Of a stretch of DNA of 64,000 nucleotides, positions 29,347 through 41,262 are shown piece by piece (within the stretch, counting starts at the first letter, position 1; every line of letters starts with the position of its first letter). The stretch is from Desulfomonilia bacterium (GTDB lineage Bacteria; Desulfobacterota; Desulfomonilia; UBA1062). The notes below the pieces were generated by a model. It ran no database searches and was not told the DNA's origin. It worked only from the letters and a program-made list of their open reading frames with translations. The stretch spans positions 288,001 through 352,000 of the forward strand of contig JBEKDT010000002.1 in NCBI GenBank assembly GCA_050014195.1, given 5' to 3'. The position numbers and the translations under genes are program-made.

Positions 29347-31227
29347 ATGATCCTTAATTGGCACGATTCATATAAAGCAAGACTAACCGATGCCCGTACA
29401 GCACTTTCCCGGATCAGGAGGGGGGCGCGGGTTTTCATCGGTTCAGCGTGCGGTGAGCCACAGCTCCTGGTCCAGACCCTCATCGATGTGGCTGAAAACC
29501 TCGCGGACACAGAGATCATTCACTTTCTGGACCTCGGTATCGCCCCCTACACCGATGAGAAGTTTGATGCAAACTTCCGCCACAACGCCCTGTTCATCGG
29601 GGCAAGCACCAGGGCAGCCATCAAGGAAGGCAGGGCAGACTACACGCCTATCTTCCTTTCCGAGATCCCCCTGCTCATGGAAAGGGGGAGCATGCACATC
29701 GATGTGGCGCTGATCACGGTGTCCTCTCCGGACAATAATGGCTATGTGAGCCTGGGGATCTCAGTGGACATTACCAAGACCGCAGCCGAGGTCGCCCAAT
29801 ACGTGGTGGCCGAAGTGAACCCGAACATGCCCCGCACGCTGGGCGACAGCTTTCTTCACGTAAGCGAGATCGATGCCTTCGTGGAGAACGATGTCCCCCT
29901 GCTGGAGTTCGTGCAGAAGGCACCCGGAGATATTGCCAAGGCAATCGGTGAAAATATTGCGGATCTTATCGAGAACGAATCAACCATCCAGACAGGTGTG
30001 GGAAAGATACCTAACTCAGTATTTCCCTACCTCATGAACAAGAGGGACTTGGGTATTCACACCGAGACATTCACCGAGGGGCTCATCGATCTTATCGAGG
30101 CGGGTGTTATCACCTGCAGGAAGAAGTCTTTGCATCCGGGAAAGATCGTCTCCGCCTTCTGTATGGGAACAAGACGGCTCTATGACTATGTGCACAACAA
30201 CCCACTCTTCGAGTTCAGACCGTGCAAGTATGTCAATGACCCCTATGTAATCGCCCGAAATGACAGGATGGTCTCCATCAATTCCGCGCTTACCGTGGAT
30301 CTTACCGGGCAGGTATGCTCCGATTCTTTAGGCTTTGAATTTTATAGCGGCATCGGCGGGCAGGTGGACTTTGTACGAGGTTCCGCCATGTCTAAGCGTG
30401 GCAAATCCATCATGGTGCTGCCATCCACTACTGATGATGGAAAAGTGTCCAGGATCGTACCATATCTCTCTGCCGGCAGTGGGGTGGTCGTCACCCGGGG
30501 AGACATCCATTATGTGGTCACGGAATACGGGGTTGCCTATGTGCATGGGAAATCCATACGGGATCGGGCCATGGTGCTGATTAATATTGCACATCCAAAA
30601 TTCCGCGAGGAGCTGCTGGAAGCGGCAAAAAAACAAGGTTATATTTACAAGGACCAGATCCTCCCGGTTGTACTCTATCCGAGAGAGTATGAAACCTACT
30701 GGACCGACAAGAAGGGGACCGAAATCTTCTTCCGCCCGGTAAAGGCCACGGATGAACGGGCCATCCAGGACAAGATGTATGCGCTGCCGGAGCAGGACAT
30801 CTATACCCGGTTTTTCCAGAACCTTAAATCATTCCCCCATAAGATTGCCATGCCGCTTTCTGCAATTGATTACAACGACAAGATGGCCATTGCCGCAGTC
30901 ACCGGGAAAGAGGAACCCGAGAGCAGGGAGCAGATCGTGGCTGTTGGCCATTACATACGTGAACCCCAGACCAACTATGCCGAGGTCGCCTTCACCACCC
31001 ACCAGGACTGGCAGAACAGGGGCATCGGAACGTTCCTCTTGCAATACCTTATCCGAATCGCCAAAGAGAAGAATATCAAAGGGTTCACTGCGGACGTCCT
31101 GGCACGGAACACCCCCATGATGAAGGTATTCTCCAAGGCCGGATACCCCCTTAAGACCCACCTGGAATATGGTGTATATGAACTCGAGATCCCCTTCACC
31201 GGTGAGGGGAGCAAGGACGAGCTTTAA
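29347..31227 (+). CDS. Acetyl-CoA hydrolase/CoA-transferase fused to a C-terminal GNAT domain
   Basis: GIHTE, DLTGQV, SGIGGQVDF, VVTEYG; C-terminal AEVAF...WQNRGIGT. Confidence 0.9.
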   Translation: MILNWHDSYKARLTDARTALSRIRRGARVFIGSACGEPQLLVQTLIDVAENLADTEIIHFLDLGIAPYTDEKFDANFRHNALFIGASTRAAIKEGRADYTPIFLSEIPLLMERGSMHIDVALITVSSPDNNGYVSLGISVDITKTAAEVAQYVVAEVNPNMPRTLGDSFLHVSEIDAFVENDVPLLEFVQKAPGDIAKAIGENIADLIENESTIQTGVGKIPNSVFPYLMNKRDLGIHTETFTEGLIDLIEAGVITCRKKSLHPGKIVSAFCMGTRRLYDYVHNNPLFEFRPCKYVNDPYVIARNDRMVSINSALTVDLTGQVCSDSLGFEFYSGIGGQVDFVRGSAMSKRGKSIMVLPSTTDDGKVSRIVPYLSAGSGVVVTRGDIHYVVTEYGVAYVHGKSIRDRAMVLINIAHPKFREELLEAAKKQGYIYKDQILPVVLYPREYETYWTDKKGTEIFFRPVKATDERAIQDKMYALPEQDIYTRFFQNLKSFPHKIAMPLSAIDYNDKMAIAAVTGKEEPESREQIVAVGHYIREPQTNYAEVAFTTHQDWQNRGIGTFLLQYLIRIAKEKNIKGFTADVLARNTPMMKVFSKAGYPLKTHLEYGVYELEIPFTGEGSKDEL

Positions 31228-31265
31228 GGTTTAAGCACATTAAGACATGTGGTGCAGTGGAATAA

Positions 31266-32666
31266 TCAGATCGGTAGGACGATGGTAAAGGTGCTTCCCT
31301 TTCCCAAAGTACTGCTCACCGTGATTTCCCCTCTGTGGGAAACGGCAAATGCCTTAGCCAGAGTAAGACCAAGACCCACGCCATCCTCAGAACGACTCTT
31401 GTCGCATCTATAGAATCGTTTGAATATGTGAGGGAGATCTTCAAAAGAGATCCCGATCCCTGTATCTTTTATTTTGATCGCAACCATGTTGTTATCTTCC
31501 TTCATAGAAATAGATACTTCTCCACCTGATGGAGTGTATTTTAAGGCATTGTCCAGGAGGTTTGCAATTATTCGCTGGATTTTATGGATATCGCCTCTTA
31601 TATGGCATGTTTCAGGAATGTCTATTATGAATTTAAGGTTTTTATCTTCTGCAAGAGGATGGAAAAGCTCATATGCCTTCCGAACAACTTCTGTAATATC
31701 AATTTGCTCCATGTGCAGCTTTGTCGCACCTGCCTCGGCTTCTGAAACATCAAGAATCGTATTGATCATTTGCATGAGATGATCGCATTCTTCCAAAATC
31801 CGGGCAGTAGAAGCATCATGGTGATTGTCACGATTTCCCGTGTATAAGTTATTCTCTGCTATGACTCGAATTCGTGCTATGGGTTTTTTCAGATCATGGG
31901 CAATGTCGTCCATTATGTTTCTGATACCGGTAACCAGGGCATTAATGCGATCCAGCATGTAATTAAAGGTGCTGGCAAGTCGTGTTATCTCGTCGGCCCC
32001 TGTACTGACGGAAACACGTTGTTCAAGATCACCCTTTGAAATACTCAGGGCTGTTTGCGTGACTTCCTCTACACCCTGCAGGGCGTGCCTGCCCATGAGC
32101 CATCCTGTACACGTTGCAAATGGTATAACCAGGACCATGACAATGCCGAATACGGTCCGGAATATCCTCAGGAACTCCTCATCCTCTTCCAATTTCTCGC
32201 CTATCTGCATGACAAGCCCGGGACCGATCACGCTATAAACGCTGCGGGCCTTGAGCTCCCTACCGGGTTTTTCCAGGGTCTCAAAAAAATGAGGGGAACC
32301 GTTCTTGAGATGCGCCAATGCAGCATATGATACTTTGACATTTTTCCATGAGGCCATGTTAGATGAGAAGAACACTTCCCCGTCAGCGGTGAAGAGTCGA
32401 AAAAAAGTGTCTGCTACTCCGTGTGCCTCTGAATCAATGATAATCTCGTTTTTAAGTTCACTGAGCCCTTTTATTTTTAAGATAGATGCATACTCGTGAA
32501 TGTTTCCCAAAAGGTGCTGATCGCGGTTATGCTGTATCTCGGAACTGATTATGAAATAAAAAACGAGAAAGGCGATAAAAGATGAAATGGTAAATATCGC
32601 TGTATAATGTACAGCCAATCTAAACGCGAGGGTATGTCTCAGGTTAAAAGTCTTCTTTAAGAACAT
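31266..32666 (-). CDS. Sensor histidine kinase, CusS/CopS-like (HAMP-HisKA-HATPase)
   Basis: Two TMs, DEI..LA..FN.ML, IAHDL, NLLDNALKY, DTGIGI, GLGL. Confidence 0.9.
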   Translation of the reverse strand: MFLKKTFNLRHTLAFRLAVHYTAIFTISSFIAFLVFYFIISSEIQHNRDQHLLGNIHEYASILKIKGLSELKNEIIIDSEAHGVADTFFRLFTADGEVFFSSNMASWKNVKVSYAALAHLKNGSPHFFETLEKPGRELKARSVYSVIGPGLVMQIGEKLEEDEEFLRIFRTVFGIVMVLVIPFATCTGWLMGRHALQGVEEVTQTALSISKGDLEQRVSVSTGADEITRLASTFNYMLDRINALVTGIRNIMDDIAHDLKKPIARIRVIAENNLYTGNRDNHHDASTARILEECDHLMQMINTILDVSEAEAGATKLHMEQIDITEVVRKAYELFHPLAEDKNLKFIIDIPETCHIRGDIHKIQRIIANLLDNALKYTPSGGEVSISMKEDNNMVAIKIKDTGIGISFEDLPHIFKRFYRCDKSRSEDGVGLGLTLAKAFAVSHRGEITVSSTLGKGSTFTIVLPI

Positions 32667-33324
32667 AGCCGACACTACGCACGGTATGGATGAGCTTACT
32701 CTCGAAATTATTATCGATCTTATCCCTTAGCCTGCATATCCGCACTTCAACGACGTTCGTATGAGGGTCAAAATTATAATCCCATACATGTTCCATTATC
32801 ATGGTTTTAGTAACAACATTTCCGACATTACGCATGAGATATTCAAGCAGGGAGAATTCAAGAGGCTGGAGTTCTATCTTCTCTTTGCCGCGCATAACTT
32901 TCCGGGTGAGAAGATTCATTGTGAGGTCCCTCACCTGGAGGGTATGCGGCTCGGAAATGCCGCTGGATCTTCGGATCAGGGCCTGAATGCGGGCCAGAAG
33001 TTCTGAGAAGGCGAAAGGCTTGGTCAGGTAATCGTCACCGCCTGTCTGGAGGCCTCTTACCCTATCATCCACAGAGCGTTTTGCGCTTAAGATAAGCAAA
33101 GGGATATTATTTTTCTTTTTCCGCAATCCTTCTATAAGCGTCAACCCATCGAGCTTGGGCAACATAATATCGATTATTGCTGCATCGTAAGATTCGCTCA
33201 GCGCCCTATGAAGGCCTGTTTCTCCGTCATAAGCCTGATCCACGGCAAAACCGGCCTCACGCAACCCGCTTGCAATGAAGGACGCTATTGTCTCGTCGTC
33301 TTCAACCAGTAATATTCTCATCAT
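32644..33324 (-). CDS. OmpR-family response regulator, CusR/CopR-like
   Basis: LLVEDD, DIMLP, DDYLTKPF, VWDYNFD..TNVVEV, IHTVR. Confidence 0.93.
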   Translation of the reverse strand: MMRILLVEDDETIASFIASGLREAGFAVDQAYDGETGLHRALSESYDAAIIDIMLPKLDGLTLIEGLRKKKNNIPLLILSAKRSVDDRVRGLQTGGDDYLTKPFAFSELLARIQALIRRSSGISEPHTLQVRDLTMNLLTRKVMRGKEKIELQPLEFSLLEYLMRNVGNVVTKTMIMEHVWDYNFDPHTNVVEVRICRLRDKIDNNFESKLIHTVRSVGYVLKEDF

Positions 33325-33343
33325 TATTCACTCCTTAAGAATA

Positions 33344-33577
33344 TCACATTCTGCTTGAATCAGAATAATTTTTGTTCATAACACAGTTCGTAAAGGAACC
33401 ATAGGGTATGATAACCGACTCTGCGACGCTGAACACCTCTGTCTTATCTTCTGACATTGCAATTACGTTTGCACAAACATCTGAGAGACCAAGCATGATA
33501 AAGACCATGAATATGAAGAGTATCAGTATGATTACGATAATGATCTTTATAGCCACCGTGTTCTTGGATTTATCCAT
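33344..33577 (-). CDS. Small hypothetical membrane protein
   Basis: 77 aa with a hydrophobic N-terminus, directly upstream of the regulator. Confidence 0.35.
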   Translation of the reverse strand: MDKSKNTVAIKIIIVIILILFIFMVFIMLGLSDVCANVIAMSEDKTEVFSVAESVIIPYGSFTNCVMNKNYSDSSRM

Positions 33578-33648
33578 GCATCCCGCATTCTTTAAATATA
33601 TTTTATCAAGACATACCTACTCATTAGATGTTTTAAGCTTGCCGGCAG

Positions 33649-33675
33649 ATTACAGAAAAATTACTAATTTGTAAT
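33649..33675. promoter_or_regulatory. Candidate CusR/CzcR-type operator
   Basis: ATTAC-N6-ATTAC-N6-GTAAT (11-bp-phased direct repeat plus palindrome). Confidence 0.6.
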
Positions 33676-33729
33676 ATTTGGTCCTTTATCTTTTTTAATT
33701 TCGAAATTTCGCTTAAACCCTTCGACAAT

Positions 33730-35427
33730 ATGAGAACAAGAAGAGATGAGCCATCGGTAATGACGGCAACTATGCACGTCAGAGTGATTCTTCTTCTGAT
33801 GGTGAGTATGTTCGTTATCCTCACTGGTCAGGCAGGACGTGAACTGCTGCCGCCTGATGATCTACGTGAAGTTGAAATTGCGCGGGAGATGTATGAGGGA
33901 GGTGACTATATCATACCACACCTCGCAGGGCTTCCCTTTGTTGAGAAGCCATCAGGATTCCAGGCCGTTGTCGCTACCATCTTCAAAGTCATTGGTGGGC
34001 CGAGTGCTGATGCAGCACGTTTTACTGCTGCAGCCTTCGCCCTTATATCTATCACTGCTGTTTTTCTTCTCGGACGGCAAATAGCGGGGGTAGAAGGTGG
34101 TGCTTTTGCAGCAGCCATACTGGCACTCTCTCAGAGATTCTGCCGTACGGCACACGAGGTCCTTCTTGACAATGCTTTGACTGCTGCAGTCGCCCTCACG
34201 ATCATCTTCACCTGGATTGCCCTCGAGTCGGATATTCCGCGCAAAAAGCGTCTTGCCTATGCCGCAGCAGGTTTTTTTCTTGGAGTAAGTTTCCTATTCA
34301 AGGGATTTGTCGGATTAGCCATCTTTGGTTCAGGTTTCATTCTCTATATTATTGTAAGCAGGCGGTTTGGTGAGCTTCGTCACATTTTCCGGCTTCTACC
34401 GATCATTGCCTTTCTCGTACCTTTTTTAAGCTGGACTGTGCCGTTCCTCTTATACGCCCCTCCCAATCTTATTCGGGAGTTCTTTATCACCAACCACTTC
34501 TATCGTTTTATGTCCGGATATATGAGCCATCAACGGCCGATATACTTTTACATCATAAACATCTGGCCGGATTTTGCTCCAGGGTCGATCCTGCTGCCAT
34601 ATGCAACCTGGTTAGCCTGGAAGACGAGAAAGGAACGGGAAGGTCGGGCCGGTATCTTCCTCCTTTCCCTCTTTATTGGCCCATTGCTGGTTCTCTCTGC
34701 TTCTTTGGCAAAAGACAGCGTTTATTTGCTCCCAGTGCATCCGATACTTGCACTGCTTGTTGCCTGGAGTATGGTAAAGCTTTTATCGCCGTCAAGTCGT
34801 GGTATGAGGATTCTTATCTGGGGAACAACCTGCACAGCCATCCTTGCTGCAGGCATCATAATGTGTATAAACGGCTATCTTGGAGGCAGTGCCTTATCAA
34901 TAATATTGGCAGGCATAATTTTCTTCTCTACCTCGGCGGTATGCATACTCTTGATCAGACGCGAGGACTTTAAATGGGCCGGCTTCTGCATTGCCATCCT
35001 TTTTGTACTGGGATGGAGCCTCTGGTTCATCGGCCCAATTTCGAAAACTGAAGTGGCAAAAAACAGCATACGCCAACCCATGATGGAAGTCTTGTCCCTG
35101 GTGAAGAACCGGGATATTGTACTTTACAAAACGGATGACGGCATCCGTGGCGCAGCAAGTTTCTATCGAAACAGGACAGCGCAAGAAATCAGATCTCCGG
35201 CAAGACTGGTTGCATGCCTTGCGGATGATCCTGACAAACATGTTGCCTTAATCTCCTGGCATAACAAAGACATACTCCCACCTGAGTTGCAGAAGACTGG
35301 ACAAGATATGGGTGTGAATCTTCAAATCAAGGCACACATAGGCTTCGGCACACATTACCTGCTGCTTATCGAAGCAGTACCAAAGGTCAGTGAGGAACAA
35401 GTGGCATTCAAACAAAAGGATTCTTAG
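33730..35427 (+). CDS. ArnT/PMT-family (GT-C) membrane glycosyltransferase
   Basis: DD.RE..IAREM, FVEKP, L.KG, H.RP.YFY, K..VYLLP; many TMs; start uncertain. Confidence 0.85.
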   Translation: MRTRRDEPSVMTATMHVRVILLLMVSMFVILTGQAGRELLPPDDLREVEIAREMYEGGDYIIPHLAGLPFVEKPSGFQAVVATIFKVIGGPSADAARFTAAAFALISITAVFLLGRQIAGVEGGAFAAAILALSQRFCRTAHEVLLDNALTAAVALTIIFTWIALESDIPRKKRLAYAAAGFFLGVSFLFKGFVGLAIFGSGFILYIIVSRRFGELRHIFRLLPIIAFLVPFLSWTVPFLLYAPPNLIREFFITNHFYRFMSGYMSHQRPIYFYIINIWPDFAPGSILLPYATWLAWKTRKEREGRAGIFLLSLFIGPLLVLSASLAKDSVYLLPVHPILALLVAWSMVKLLSPSSRGMRILIWGTTCTAILAAGIIMCINGYLGGSALSIILAGIIFFSTSAVCILLIRREDFKWAGFCIAILFVLGWSLWFIGPISKTEVAKNSIRQPMMEVLSLVKNRDIVLYKTDDGIRGAASFYRNRTAQEIRSPARLVACLADDPDKHVALISWHNKDILPPELQKTGQDMGVNLQIKAHIGFGTHYLLLIEAVPKVSEEQVAFKQKDS

Positions 35428-35456
35428 TCAGACTGTTATTGGATGAGAAAGTTGAG

Positions 35457-35478
35457 TAAGGGGGCAAATGCCCCCTTA
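35457..35478. terminator. Hairpin terminator between convergent genes
   Basis: TAAGGGGGC-aaat-GCCCCCTTA. Confidence 0.7.
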
Positions 35479-35483
35479 AATGT

Positions 35484-36395
35484 TTATTTCTTTTCCTTGT
35501 GAAAGATGAGCACAAAGGGTGCTGCAATATAGATTGATGAATAGGTGCCTGTGAGTACCCCGATAAGCATGGCAAAGGCAAATCCGTGGATCACATCGCC
35601 ACCCATGAGATAAAGACAGAGCACAACAATAAAAACTGTCATGGAGGTGAGTATGGTTCTGCTCAAGGTCTGGCTGACGCTGTCGCTCATCAGGCTCGCC
35701 AGGTCGTACGAGCCTGACTGCTTCTTCATATTCTCCCTGATCCTGTCAAACACGACAATGGTATCGTTCAGGGAATAGCCTAAGAGGGCGAGTAATGCCG
35801 CAATCACGGTCAGAGATATCTCTTTGCCCGTTAACGAGAAGATGCCCACCGTGAGCGTGATATCATGCACAAGAGATAATATTGCCCCGATGGAAAAACT
35901 GAACTCGAATCTCCACCAGATAAAGGCAATAATGCCGATGCATGCATACAGACATGCGAGGAAGCCCTTGTTCTGAAGATCCTTGCTCACCTCACCGCCG
36001 ACCACTTCGGCCCTTCTGATGTCTACCTTGTCCTTGCCGAAGGTTGAGAAGAGGACATTCTGGATCTTTGTGGACTCGTTCTCCTTGGGGCTGCTCTGAA
36101 CCTTTTGCATGCGGATGAGGTACTCATTACCCTGCGTATTGGCACTCGTGATACTCTGTATCCGTGCATCCTGAAAACCTAATGTAGCAAGGGCCTTTCT
36201 CAACTCCGCGGTCTGCACGGATTTTTTAAAGGCAACCTGCATCTCGAGCCCGCCTGAGAAGTCGATCCCCAGGTTAAGCCCTCTCCAGAAAAATATGGAT
36301 ATCAAGCCTATTGCAATGAGAACTCCCGAGAAGACATAGGCATATTTTCTATAACCGATGAAATCAATTCGTGTACCTGGTCGTATGAGCTCCAT
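35484..36395 (-). CDS. secF: Protein translocase subunit SecF
   Basis: GIDFSGG, GYSLNDTIVVFDRIRE, GTYSS. Confidence 0.96.
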   Translation of the reverse strand: MELIRPGTRIDFIGYRKYAYVFSGVLIAIGLISIFFWRGLNLGIDFSGGLEMQVAFKKSVQTAELRKALATLGFQDARIQSITSANTQGNEYLIRMQKVQSSPKENESTKIQNVLFSTFGKDKVDIRRAEVVGGEVSKDLQNKGFLACLYACIGIIAFIWWRFEFSFSIGAILSLVHDITLTVGIFSLTGKEISLTVIAALLALLGYSLNDTIVVFDRIRENMKKQSGSYDLASLMSDSVSQTLSRTILTSMTVFIVVLCLYLMGGDVIHGFAFAMLIGVLTGTYSSIYIAAPFVLIFHKEKK

Positions 36396-36406
36396 GGATT
36401 CCTCCT

Positions 36407-37981
36407 CTAGATACTGATCCGCTCGATTTTTCTGTTATTGACAAACCACTCCATGATCCACCTGGAGAGTACGAGGCACGTAAACAGCGTAGCCAGAATA
36501 CCAACAGATAAGGTGACCGCGAAGCCCTTGACAGGTCCTGTTCCGAACTGGAACAGGACTAATGCAGCGATCAATGTTGTGATGTTGGCGTCGAAAATGG
36601 CGGAGAAGGCATTCTTGAATCCCGCCTCTATAGCCATTTTGGACGTCCTACCGAATCTCAGTTCCTCGCGTATGCGTTCAAACACGAGGATGTTGGCATC
36701 TACAGCTATGCCTATGGTAAGACCCATGCCCGCAATACCCGGCAGTGTGAGTACTGCACCCAATATCGCCATAACACCAATGATGATTATCATGTTCCAT
36801 ATTAATGCGAAATCAGCTAATGAACCCGACCACCTGTAGTAGATCACCATGAATACGATAACCAACAAACCACCCACAAAAGCCGCATGAACACCCATTC
36901 TTATGGAATCCCTACCCAAGGAAGGTCCTACAGTCCGCTCTTCCAGGATATCTACCGGAGCCGGGAGAGCGCCAGCCCGGAGAACGAGAGCCAGATCCCT
37001 GGCCTCCTCATCGGTAAACCTCCCCTCGATCATGGCCTTGCCTCCTGCTATGGCATCACGGATCACAGGTGCAGAGTAGACCTTGCCATCCAGCAAGATC
37101 GCCAGCTTTTTACCCACATTCTCCCTGGTGACCTGCTCAAATATTCGTGCACCATCAGAGTTAAAGGATATGGAGACATAGGGCTCATTGTAAGTGGCCT
37201 TGATACTGACCCGTGCATCATCAATCATACTGCCGTTGAGCACGGCCTGCTGCCGGAGCAAAATAGGCTGGCGGCCGTCCTTCATGTATGCGACATAGTC
37301 CCCCTCGGGCACATCTCCTGCGAGAGCCTTCTCAACGGGATGTTCATCATCCACCAGTTTGAATTCGAGGGCCGCAGTCTTGCCGATGATCTTCTTTGCC
37401 TTTTCCGGGTCAGTAAGGCCCGGGATCTGTACGACGATGCGTCCGTCCCGCTCCGGGATTGTGGACGTCTCGCTGATACCAAGCCCGTTGATGCGGTTTC
37501 GGATAACCTCGAGGGCCTGTTCATCAGCCTGGTCCTTTATCTTTTGTGCTTCTTCGGCTTTTATCTGGTAGGTGATAGTCATCAGGCCCTCTTCACTTTT
37601 CTTATCCACTTCTATCATGTAAGGGTAGGAATCGCCCATAAGCTTTGATAGGGCATCATAATCTTCCTGGCTCCTGACTTGTACGGCAAGCTTGTCCGGC
37701 TGTACAAATACGACCTTGCTGTAGCGAATACGTGCAGTTATCATCTGAGGCTTTATATCGCCTGCAATAACGCCGATCCTTCCTTCCACTGCCTTGGCCG
37801 ATTCCACCCTCAGTACCATGTGGATTCCGCCCTTGAGGTCAAGGCCCAGACTTACCTTTGATTTCGGTCCGATCCAGCCTTGGGGCAACTCCGCATCCCC
37901 GATCAGGCTGGGAATCGCAAAAAGCAATCCGATGACCAGCACCACCAGGATGAGTATCCCTTTCATTTTAAATGTTTCCAT
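36407..37981 (-). CDS. secD: Protein translocase subunit SecD
   Basis: LGLDLKGG, VGPSLG, AVDANILVFERIREE. Confidence 0.96.
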   Translation of the reverse strand: METFKMKGILILVVLVIGLLFAIPSLIGDAELPQGWIGPKSKVSLGLDLKGGIHMVLRVESAKAVEGRIGVIAGDIKPQMITARIRYSKVVFVQPDKLAVQVRSQEDYDALSKLMGDSYPYMIEVDKKSEEGLMTITYQIKAEEAQKIKDQADEQALEVIRNRINGLGISETSTIPERDGRIVVQIPGLTDPEKAKKIIGKTAALEFKLVDDEHPVEKALAGDVPEGDYVAYMKDGRQPILLRQQAVLNGSMIDDARVSIKATYNEPYVSISFNSDGARIFEQVTRENVGKKLAILLDGKVYSAPVIRDAIAGGKAMIEGRFTDEEARDLALVLRAGALPAPVDILEERTVGPSLGRDSIRMGVHAAFVGGLLVIVFMVIYYRWSGSLADFALIWNMIIIIGVMAILGAVLTLPGIAGMGLTIGIAVDANILVFERIREELRFGRTSKMAIEAGFKNAFSAIFDANITTLIAALVLFQFGTGPVKGFAVTLSVGILATLFTCLVLSRWIMEWFVNNRKIERISI

Positions 37982-37995
37982 TATAACCCCCGCAA

Positions 37996-40406
<2,411 letters not shown>

Positions 40407-40411
40407 TGGTG

Positions 40412-40609
40412 CTACATCCCTATAATATGTCTGCCCAGGTATATGATGAGAACCCCTGCGAATGCCGCAATGATGCCGACAGCCTGCAGTCTGGAATCAG
40501 GTACTGTATGAAGGAGCTGGGCAAAGGACTTCATCTTGCTTGGGAAAAGGATATAAGGTACCGCCTCAATAACTAAAACCATGCCTAAAACGCTTAAGAA
40601 GTAACCCAT
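40412..40609 (-). CDS. DUF2065 (YjeT-like) small membrane protein
   Basis: LGMVLVIE..Y.LFP..MK; typical position upstream of queA. Confidence 0.75.
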   Translation of the reverse strand: MGYFLSVLGMVLVIEAVPYILFPSKMKSFAQLLHTVPDSRLQAVGIIAAFAGVLIIYLGRHIIGM

Positions 40610-40668
40610 ATTGCTATGGTCTTATATCCAAGATGAGATCAGAACGTCAATCATGGAAGGAAAGTACA

Positions 40669-40702
40669 AAGTCTATACCTCACTAAAGTGAGGTATAGAC
40701 TT
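40669..40702 (-). terminator. Terminator downstream of the tRNA pair
   Basis: Perfect inverted repeat AAGTCTATACCTCACT-aa-AGTGAGGTATAGACTT. Confidence 0.75.
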
Positions 40703-40706
40703 CTTA

Positions 40707-40784
40707 TGGCGGGAGCGACGAGACTTGAACTCGCGACCTCCGGCGTGACAGGCCGGCGTTATAACCAATCTTAACTACGCCCCC
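40707..40784 (-). tRNA. tRNA-Asp(GTC)
   Basis: GGGGGCG acceptor stem, CCTGTCACG anticodon loop, GTTCAA T-loop, encoded CCA. Confidence 0.96.
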
Positions 40785-40801
40785 TTACTTCCTCATCGGC
40801 T

Positions 40802-40877
40802 TGGTAGGCGGAACAGGGATTGAACCTGCGACCTTCGGCTTGTAAGGCCGACGCTCTCCCGACTGAGCTACCCGCCC
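40802..40877 (-). tRNA. tRNA-Val(TAC)
   Basis: GGGCGGG acceptor stem, CTTACAA anticodon loop, GGTTCAATCC, encoded CCA. Confidence 0.96.
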
Positions 40878-40902
40878 TGAATCTTTTTACAATCAGAAAG
40901 AA

Positions 40903-41178
40903 TTACTTGTTTACGACTTCCTTAAAAGCCTTACCAGGCCTGAAACGCGGAGCTTTGGATGCCTTAATCTTGATGGTCTCTCTGGTCCTGGGATTGACTC
41001 CCTGCCGTGCCGCCCTCTGAGCAACATCAAATGTTCCAAAACCGACTAATGTAACCTTGTCCCCCTTCTTCAGTGCAGACTGGATGGCCTCTGTAGTGGC
41101 ATTTATCGCCTTCTCGGCTGCTGCCTTGGGGATCCCCGCCTTATTTGCCACAACGGATATCAATTCTGTCTTCGTCAA
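40903..41178 (-). CDS. hup: DNA-binding protein HU
   Basis: MTKTELI, LVGFGTF, R.GVNPRT, PRFRPGK; TTG start after AGGAGG. Confidence 0.95.
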   Translation of the reverse strand: MTKTELISVVANKAGIPKAAAEKAINATTEAIQSALKKGDKVTLVGFGTFDVAQRAARQGVNPRTRETIKIKASKAPRFRPGKAFKEVVNK

Positions 41179-41229
41179 AGCATACCTCCTATAAATGATA
41201 TTTGTTTTCCCATGCCCAAGTGCTCCTGA

Positions 41230-41258
41230 AAAGTAACAACATTTAGAATGGCTGTCAA
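41230..41258 (-). promoter_or_regulatory. Putative sigma-70 promoter of hup
   Basis: TTGACA-N17-TACTTT with extended TGn. Confidence 0.55.
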
Positions 41259-41262
41259 TAGC

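Noticed and set aside
40669-40877. tRNA-anchored genomic island
   Set aside because: No integrase or duplicated tRNA 3' end seen; flanks are core genes
41176-41191. Mini-ORF ATG-CTT-TGA overlapping the hup TTG start
   Set aside because: The ATG is too close to the SD to initiate well; no support for a regulatory role
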